This document shows positions 56,810 to 64,000 of a stretch of DNA of 64,000 nucleotides, piece by piece. The position numbers and the translations under genes were made by a program. Source of the stretch: an uncultured Methanosarcinaceae archaeon (GTDB lineage Archaea; Halobacteriota; Methanosarcinia; Methanosarcinales; Methanosarcinaceae); contig CAVSHT010000008.1 in the NCBI GenBank assembly GCA_963727895.1, forward strand, positions 32,001-96,000, given 5' to 3'. Position 1 is the first letter of the stretch. Each line of letters opens with the position of its first letter. Below the pieces are notes generated by a model. It saw only the letters and a program-made list of their open reading frames with translations. It did not search any database and had not been told where the DNA came from.

Positions 56810-56886
56810 AAAAACAAGATTGTATAGACCCCTTGATTAAAAACGAAAATTGGTTTTTAATAACAGATTATACGTCTCTTTATTTT
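56810..56886 (-). promoter_or_regulatory. Conserved 5'-leader stem-loop, copy C (TATA box at 56912-56919)
   Basis: Same motif as copies A and B. Confidence 0.75.
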
Positions 56887-56936
56887 CAATACATACACTA
56901 TACATTCAAATTATATAAATGCATCTATACAATATA

Positions 56937-58760
56937 TAGTCACCACTTTAAATAATGCGACATTTTATGTTTAAATGTATGTTTCTCCCAAAATTCATTC
57001 ATTTCTTCCTTTAATGCTTCAATATTTTTAAATGATTTTATTGACGTTAAGTTTTCTCTTGTCACTTTCCAACAGTATTTTGTTGGGTTTCTATCTGGAG
57101 TAGCTGGAGGGAAAAATATTATTTTCAACCAATGCTTATTATTTTGATAAAATTCCTTTGCCTTTGCTGATCTATGCCATGTAGCTCTGTCCAGTAAAAG
57201 AAATATCCTTATCCCTATATCTCTTTGAAACTTGATTAATGATTTTAAGTAAGAGTCTGTATTCTGTGTAATTCCTAAATCATACCAATAAAACTCTCCA
57301 TTTTCAGTGTAGAATCCCCCAATATTGATTTTTGCTTTTGAACCACTTGTAAATTTAATAGGTTTTGAGCCCTTTATTGCCCAACATCTGGATCTATTTG
57401 AATCCACACAAAAATTACTGGAATTGGTAATTAAAAATAGATATATGTGCTTATAACATATATTTCTTCATGAACTGCCCAAAATGTAATAGTTCCAGTC
57501 ACAAAAAGAATGGTATAGTTGGTGGTCGTCAAAGGTACAAATGCCATGATTGTGGATATAACTATACAGTAGAGCTAAAATCAACTGCTTTTTCCACTTA
57601 TGTAAAAAAACAGGCTTTACAACTTTACCTTGAAGGATTGGGCTTTCGTTCAATAGGAAGAGTTTTAGGGGTGAGTCATGTTTCTGTCCAAAGATGGATC
57701 AAGAAATTTGGTCAGGAGTTAGAGGACCTAAAAAGTGAAAATGAAATATCTATTGTTGAAATGGATGAAATGCACACTTACATCGGTAACAAACAAAATA
57801 TTGCTGGATCTGGATTGCTGTTGATAGAGTTGAGAAAAAGTTCATCAGCTGCTCTTTTGGCAGCAGAGGAACGGAAACTGGAAAATTACTCTGGGAAAAA
57901 TTGAAGAAAAAAGAGATTGGAGAAGTGATGACAGATCACTGGAGAGCATATGCAGAGTTTCTTCCTGAAACGATTCATACTCAATCCAAAGCAGAAACGT
58001 ATACTGTTGAAGGATATAACAGCATATTGAGGCACTTTCTGGCAAGGTTGAGAAGAAAGACAAAGTGTTATACGAAGAGTCTTGAAATGCTAAAGTACTC
58101 GGTTATTCTATTGATGAAATACAGAAATAAAGAACTAGATATATTTAGATAACAATACCAAATTACTTTCATCAGGGGTAACGAATAAATGATTAGGGTT
58201 TAGTAATCTGTTTTTTGGACTTCTCTTATGAATTATTTTTTAAGCACCTCATTTCTTCTTTTAGATTGAGGTCGACATGTGATTTTTCTCAACCCTAAAT
58301 TTTTTAAAATTTGTCTCATTCTTGATTTGGAATAAGATACTCCAAATTTTTCCTTGACAAATTGAACTGCATCTTTTGTTTGCCAACCACGAGAATAAAC
58401 ATCATCTGTTGGTATAGGTTCTAAAAATGCCTCTCTTAACTCAGATAATTGTTCTGCAGTTAAAAAAGACTTGATTCCTCGACCAGGTTTACATTTAAGA
58501 CTAAACAAACCGTCGGTTTCAGCTCGTTTTATCCAGCGATGAACAGTTGAACGGTGAACTGAAAAATCGTCGGCAACTTTAGCGGGACTCAAACCATTTT
58601 TGATCAATAATAAGGCTTGAAGTTTAATCTACACGTTTTTGTTACAGGAATTTATGATAGCTGTAGAAATATCAGAAGTTGTAAACATTTCCAAACTCAT
58701 ATATAAAATTATATACTCATTTCAGGTATAATAATGTTGCAGTAAATACAGAGGTGACTA
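56937..58760 (-). mobile_element. IS630-family element (defective), interrupted by IS1 copy 8
   Basis: Imperfect ~30-bp IRs starting TAGTCACC, TA on both sides; HTH ORF 58233-58700 and DDE ORF (PDES, LLDRATWH, PDRNPTK). Confidence 0.88.
57420..58159 (+). mobile_element. IS1-family element, copy 8, nested in IS630
   Basis: 8-bp target duplication AAATTACT; slippery site disrupted. Confidence 0.93.
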
Positions 58761-59173
58761 TAGTACACAACTTCTCAAAAAAGAGAATTTATTTAAAAAT
58801 AATTTATGGAGAAGATAACAGCTTATTTCCTGATAGCTCCTGAAAACAGAATTCAGTTAACAGGTTTACTGGAAAGCAGCTCTACAAAGGAAAAGATCAC
58901 TGCTATCAAAAAAGGCCCTTCAAAATGCTTCTTATAAACCTGCAAAAATCACGGGTTTTCAAGATTTCTTTTATTAACAACCATACTCGGGGAATATTCC
59001 GGCAAGTTGCCGGCAGAAAAATATATTAACTGAATTAAACGTGAAAAAGAGGTTATTTAAATAGTATTTCTGGATTAATGTAACCTTCAAAATAGTATTT
59101 CTAGGTTAATGTGATTTTTAAAAAAGTGAAAAAGAAATAAGTGTTGATGCAAACTTAATTGCAGAAATAACAC

Positions 59174-59362
59174 TTAGTATCTTCTGTTTTCTCTGGGAGT
59201 CCTGTGGTTAGGAAGACATTCTCTGCAGTAAACCGGTCTTTCTGGGTCAGGTTTAAAAGGCACTTCGGTTTCAACACCACAATCAGAACAGGTTGTCTTA
59301 TGCATTTCTCTTGGAGCACCGAAATTAGAATTTCCTCTGAAGTTTCTGTCATTAAAAGCCAT
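59174..59362 (-). CDS. CxxC-x17-CxxC zinc-ribbon protein, copy D
   Basis: CSDC-x17-CREC; close paralogue of copy A. Confidence 0.9.
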   Translation of the reverse strand: MAFNDRNFRGNSNFGAPREMHKTTCSDCGVETEVPFKPDPERPVYCRECLPNHRTPRENRRY

Positions 59363-59413
59363 TTTTGTTTCACCTTTGTTTTATTTTTTGTTTTAGTTTT
59401 TATTAATTGTTTT

Positions 59414-59492
59414 AAAATAAGATTGTATAGAACTTTCTGTTTAAAATCAAAAATTGGTTTTTAACAACAGATGATTATACGGATCTTTATTT
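59414..59492 (-). promoter_or_regulatory. Conserved 5'-leader stem-loop, copy D (TATA box at 59520-59527)
   Basis: Same motif; TCTGT/ACAGA pairing. Confidence 0.72.
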
Positions 59493-59811
59493 ATCAACAC
59501 ACGTACATGAATCTTAATATATATAAATTTTTCTATAAGGGGAGAACCTTCCTCAAATGAGAACCTATCTTAGATACAGAGCTTATAGAACAAATAAAAA
59601 TGCCCCTTATATTCTGATTCCAGATGATCATTGATAAAGCAAATCTGAAGGTACTGCAAACACTCTCCCAAAATTGTATATAGAACCTTGCTCACATCAA
59701 CATTAGATATATTCCTGCAGAAAAGTAAAATGATGGGTTTCAGGCATCTTTTTCAGACACCTCTATTTCAATTATTTATTATTATATTCGGCATTTTTAT
59801 AATTTAAAAAC

Positions 59812-60162
59812 TTATTTAATATAGCCTTTCCGTTCGAGCCATTCTATCTGGGGCCTTGTGTATTTCCAGGTTATTTCGGCTTTGGAGTCCTGAATTTCCC
59901 ACGGGTTAGCAATAACAATATCGCCTTCACGAATCCACATTTTTTTATGTTTAGAGCCTGGGATTCTACCCATTCGTACAACTCCGTCCATACACTGAAG
60001 TGTTACTCTTTTCGAACCGAGTAAACACGCAACCGTTGCCAGGACTTCATTTCTGTCCTTGCGAGGGATTCTTACTCTGGATACTTCAGGGGCATCTCCT
60101 GATCTTACGGGATTTGTCGACCCTAATCTTTTTTTTCGAATAGTGCTTCTGTAATTCGCCAG
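59812..60162 (-). CDS. eif1a: aIF1A paralogue 2 (CTG start; absent from the ORF track)
   Basis: Hand translation: (M)[59 protein letters not shown]...WLERKGYIK*, 116 aa, uninterrupted; SD AAGGAG. Confidence 0.92.
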   Translation of the reverse strand: MANYRSTIRKKRLGSTNPVRSGDAPEVSRVRIPRKDRNEVLATVACLLGSKRVTLQCMDGVVRMGRIPGSKHKKMWIREGDIVIANPWEIQDSKAEITWKYTRPQIEWLERKGYIK

Positions 60163-60406
60163 GTTAATTTCTCCTTGAGGATCTTGATTTAATTTGGATC
60201 TTGATTTAATTTATATCTAACTTGAAAATTGAATAGTTCGCATCGATTATTGTTCTCTATATTGTTTTGTTCTTACTTTTTCTGCTTCGATAGTGAAAAT
60301 AAGTAGAGAAACAAAGAGAACAAACCAAAAAAAACAAAAAGAAAAGATGAATCAGGGATTAATGTAAAACTTAATTACAAATTAATAGCACCTGATGCAG
60401 ATTATC

Positions 60407-60589
60407 TTAGAATTTCCTGTGGTTAGGAAGACAGTCTCTGCAGTATACTGGCCTACCTTCGGTGGGTTTGAATGGTACTTCTGTCTCAACACCGCAGTCG
60501 GAACAGGTCACTTTTGTCATTTCCCTTGGTCCGCTGTTACCGCGGAAACCTCCGGAATTTCCCCTGAAATTTCTGTCATTAAAAGCCAT
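60407..60589 (-). CDS. CxxC-x17-CxxC zinc-ribbon protein, copy E
   Basis: CSDC-x17-CRDC; SD GGAGGTGA. Confidence 0.92.
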   Translation of the reverse strand: MAFNDRNFRGNSGGFRGNSGPREMTKVTCSDCGVETEVPFKPTEGRPVYCRDCLPNHRKF

Positions 60590-60628
60590 TTTCGTTTCAC
60601 CTCCGCTCTAGCGGATAGTCAATAGTTT

Positions 60629-60706
60629 AAAAACAAGATTGTATATACCTTTAAATTAAAAAACAAAAATTGGTTTTTAATAACAGATTATACGTCTCTT
60701 TATTTT
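60629..60706 (-). promoter_or_regulatory. Conserved 5'-leader stem-loop, copy E (TATA box at 60732-60739)
   Basis: Same motif as copies A-D. Confidence 0.72.
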
Positions 60707-60949
60707 CAATAGATACCTTACACAGGCAAATTATATAAATGCATCTATACAAAGGAATATACTATTAAAGTGATAAGAAATTTTATTGTCAGTATTTATG
60801 GACGAAGTACTAAAGTCTAAACTTCTTATTTCGGTTGTTCATAGCTAAAGCAAAGTCAATTTTCTCTGAAAAGGGCTCCTTATAAATTCGCAAAAAGAAG
60901 CATAAACTAATACAAAAATTGAAATTTACAGATATTTTTACAAGTCAGG

Positions 60950-61650
60950 TCAGAGAACCAATTCACCCTTTATCCAAAGTTCATCAAATTTTGTCTTGAA
61001 TCGCTTTGCATATGATTCATCATATATTCTTGTCATACCGAGGTTTCTACTTATATTGAACTGGTCTTCAATATCTAGCAGGGTTATCTTAGAATCAATG
61101 ATTGCAAAATTGTATTCGGTTTCTATAATTTTTACTTCCATTATATCCTTAATATGGTGTTTAAATGACATATCTTCTATTAAATCAATAAGCTCTTTTA
61201 ATGATGGCAGTAATTGTGATCTCGGATCTAAAATTTTAACTTTTATGCCACGCTGTACTAAACTCAAATAAGCTTTGCAAAAGGTGGATATTGAAGCATC
61301 ATATAGCTCCGATCCTCCTGGCTTGTACTTAACATGGATTACAAAACATATTTCATGCTCGATTTTCTCAAAAGATGAAGTTACCATTAGATGAAGTTAC
61401 CATTTCTTTTAGTTCATTATTACGAAGCCTGTCAGGCCAGAAGACAGTTTCAACATTTTGTGGTAAATTGTCGTTGCAAAGTTCCCTTTCTATTTCATCA
61501 AATGTTTCTTTGAGCATTTTGAGTTCATTGAGTGTTTCTTCCTCTTTTCTTTTGTACATGAGTTTAAATGCGCTTTTAGGATCAACCGCCTGGTATCTCT
61601 TTGGTCGCAACGGTTGGATTTCGACAAGCTCATAGCTTTTGAGGACTTTG
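60950..61650 (-). pseudogene. TrmB-family transcriptional regulator remnant
   Basis: LVEIQPLRPKRYQAVDP and RGIKVKIL...FAIIDSK motifs; N-terminal HTH missing; 16-bp duplication at 61373-61404 shifts the frame. Confidence 0.7.
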
Positions 61651-61857
61651 AAAATTCGATTTTTTAATCATCCAGGTGTGTTTGGGAGAGATTTCAGCAA
61701 GCTGCTGGCAATGAAATATTTTTTAACTGTGTTGAATTGAAAATAAAATTCAAATTTCCATCCTTAGTAATTATAAATACCACTATAGCAGACTAATATG
61801 CGGGTTACTATAAAAAGCATTGAAAAATAATTATTTTGAATAGGTTGGTGTAATACT

Positions 61858-62919
61858 ATGAAAGGATTCGCAATGCTTGAAATTGGAAAAGTAGGCTGGA
61901 TTTATGCTGAAAAACCTTCCGCAGGACCATATGATGCAATCGTGAGGCCTATTGCGGTCGCACCGTGTACATCAGATGTTCATACTGTCTGGGAAGGTGC
62001 GCTTGGAAACCGCAAAAACATGATTTTAGGACACGAAGCTGTAGGTGTTATCGAAGAAATCGGGTCAGAGGTTAAAGACTTCAAACAAGGCGATAAAGTA
62101 ATTGTCCCTGCAATTACACCTGACTGGCGATCTATGGAGTCACAGGATGGAATGCCTATGCACTCAAATGGAATGCTTTCTGGATGGAAGTTTTCAAACT
62201 TCAAAAGTGGGGTCTTTGCAGAATATTTCCATGTAAATGATGCAGACATGAATTTAGCTCTACTTCCAAAAGGAATGCCCCTCGAACAGGCTGTCATGCT
62301 ATCAGATATGGCAACTACCGGAATACAGGGTGCAGAAATGGCAAATATTAAAACGGGCTCCACAGTTGCAGTCATAGGAATTGGTCCTGTTGGTCTAATG
62401 GCAGTGGCAGGTGCATCTATTCTTGGTGCAGGTAGGCTCATTGTAGTAGGAAGTCGGAAAGTCTGTGTTGATCTCGCTCTGGAATACGGAGCATCTGAAA
62501 TTATTGATTACAGAAAAGGTGGGCTTGTTGAACAGATTCTTGAAAAGACGAATGGAAAAGGTGTGGACTCTGTAATCATAGCAGGAGGAAATGAAAACAC
62601 AATTTCTGATGCAGTCAAAATTGTAAAACCCGGAGGCACGGTTTCAAACGTCAACTACTTCGGAACCGGAGATATACTGCCTATTCCACGTATAGAATGG
62701 GGATCTGGTATGTCTCACAAAGACATACGTGGGGGCTTGACAACCGGAGGTCGCCTGAGAATGGAAAGAATGGCAGACTTATGTACCTACGGAAGAATAA
62801 AACCAGAAAAAATGGCCACCCATGTGTTCAAAGGATTTGACAACGTGGAAAAGGCTCTTATGCTCATGAAAGAAAAACCGAGAGACCTGATCAAACCTGT
62901 TGTTCTTCTGGATGAATAA
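61858..62919 (+). CDS. adh: NADP-dependent zinc secondary alcohol dehydrogenase
   Basis: MKGFAML, PCTSDVH, GHEAVG, GIGPVG, GSR (NADP) and DLIKPVV motifs, as in the Thermoanaerobacter/Clostridium type. Confidence 0.9.
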   Translation: MKGFAMLEIGKVGWIYAEKPSAGPYDAIVRPIAVAPCTSDVHTVWEGALGNRKNMILGHEAVGVIEEIGSEVKDFKQGDKVIVPAITPDWRSMESQDGMPMHSNGMLSGWKFSNFKSGVFAEYFHVNDADMNLALLPKGMPLEQAVMLSDMATTGIQGAEMANIKTGSTVAVIGIGPVGLMAVAGASILGAGRLIVVGSRKVCVDLALEYGASEIIDYRKGGLVEQILEKTNGKGVDSVIIAGGNENTISDAVKIVKPGGTVSNVNYFGTGDILPIPRIEWGSGMSHKDIRGGLTTGGRLRMERMADLCTYGRIKPEKMATHVFKGFDNVEKALMLMKEKPRDLIKPVVLLDE

Positions 62920-63134
62920 ACGAGTTAATACCCTCTCTCTAAACTCTTTACAAAACCCAGAGTTTTGAGAAAGGGGCATTTTCGCTTTAGGATTGTCAAT
63001 GGCAGATAAGAATTCGATATTTTTGGCGGTTAAGAATTCTCCAATTCTCAAACCTTGAATCTCAAATTATGGATTTTTTTGAATCTCAGAGCATCAGAAA
63101 TTTTTTTCATAATAGGAAGTCGAATGATTCTTTT

Positions 63135-63374
63135 TTATATTTCAGAATTCTTTTTTCCCTTAATCCAATTGTAAATAATATACAAAGATTCTAGCGCCAG
63201 CAGTGCTAAAGCCATATAAATAAGCAAGTTCTCCCATTTACTTTGTCTAGTTAAAACAGCAATGTTTTCATTCTTTTTTCTCAGCTTCCAACCGTTAAGA
63301 ACTTTGTATTCTATTTCTTTCTGTAATTCTTCTTTTGGAACGCGCATTATAATAACATTTGACATAAATTCCAT
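63135..63374 (-). CDS. Small hypothetical membrane protein
   Basis: 79-aa ORF, one hydrophobic segment, AAGGA upstream. Confidence 0.5.
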   Translation of the reverse strand: MEFMSNVIIMRVPKEELQKEIEYKVLNGWKLRKKNENIAVLTRQSKWENLLIYMALALLALESLYIIYNWIKGKKNSEI

Positions 63375-63554
63375 TCCTTTTCCTGAATTAAAACAATCGG
63401 ACAGGTTCGTAATATTTATTGTGTAGTTTATTGTTTAATGTTTTTGAAAATAAAGTTGATGTAAAGCTTGTCCAATATTATATTTTCGCTTAATTTGGAC
63501 TCTGAAAAAAAGATTTTAGATTTCATTTTTATTAATTACTTTTATAAACTCACC

Positions 63555-64000
63555 TTAAAACTTCAAACCATCATCAGTTAATGTAATATCGTAGTTTCCA
63601 ACAAAAAAAGTATCATGTACGTTTACACCGTTTATGGTTTGTCTTGGTGTATCGTCTATTTCTACCTCACTATCAGTTATATGGATTTTCTTGCCACCTA
63701 CATAAAAAATTCCGCTTATTGCAACATAACCGTCTTCTGTAATTTTAGCATTGAAAACAACATCACCGTTTTCTCTTTTTATTAATGTGAGGCCATTTTC
63801 TTTTTCAATTTCTCCTTGCACATCAAATTTTTCGTTTATTTGAGTAAATTCATTTCTATCGATTTTTGCTATTATTTCTGAATTATGATCCCGGATCTCT
63901 GTTGTCAGAATCAGATTTCCATCGCAGTTTTCCAGAGTAAATAATTGCGTCTTGTCTTCAGTGTTTTTGTCTGTCTGATATGACACTGTATATATCTGAT
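63555..64000 (-). CDS. Hypothetical beta-rich protein, may start beyond the window
   Basis: Open frame of at least 143 aa reaching near the window edge. Confidence 0.6.
   Translation of the reverse strand, partial: QIYTVSYQTDKNTEDKTQLFTLENCDGNLILTTEIRDHNSEIIAKIDRNEFTQINEKFDVQGEIEKENGLTLIKRENGDVVFNAKITEDGYVAISGIFYVGGKKIHITDSEVEIDDTPRQTINGVNVHDTFFVGNYDITLTDDGLKF

Noticed and set aside
58629..58631. In-frame TAG in the IS630 transposase as a pyrrolysine codon
   Set aside because: The element has other inactivating changes (IS1 insertion, catalytic E to K, extra stop or frameshift), so a nonsense mutation is more parsimonious.
60179..60212. 17-bp tandem duplication upstream of aIF1A-2
   Set aside because: Absent from paralogue 1; looks like replication slippage, as at 45121 and 61373.
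54416..60625. Alternative-frame and antisense ORFs over the zinc-ribbon genes (e.g. 54416-54634, 59155-59373, 56600-56806)
   Set aside because: Differences between paralogues are synonymous in the CxxC frame, and the SD spacing fits only that frame.
53609..61730. Calling the repeat-delimited array an integron
   Set aside because: No tyrosine recombinase in the window, and the repeats lack attC-type RYYYAAC/GTTRRRY ends; kept only as an unexplained motif.

Overview
Low-GC archaeal chromosome window, very likely Methanosarcina (methanogenesis marker 14, thermosome, PKD/PGF-pre-PGF surface proteins, DUF1699, HisKA_2 kinase). Housekeeping blocks are aspS-rpiA, thermosome, folP-metV-metF-cofE-like, trx and carAB-argG. 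They are interspersed with 8 copies of one IS1-family element, an IS6 fragment, a nested IS630, two MITE families and several pseudogenes. The most unusual region is 53.1-61.7 kb. It holds five paralogous ~60-aa CxxC-x17-CxxC zinc-ribbon genes, each with its own TATA box and a conserved ~80-nt 5'-leader stem-loop that shows a compensatory change. Two aIF1A paralogues lie among them, and both apparently start at CUG (one is missing from the ORF track). Two further conserved non-coding motifs punctuate the array. This looks like a post-transcriptionally controlled translation/RNA-chaperone module, but its function is inference only. No rRNA, tRNA or CRISPR array was seen. All family assignments are from motif recognition; no database searches were run.
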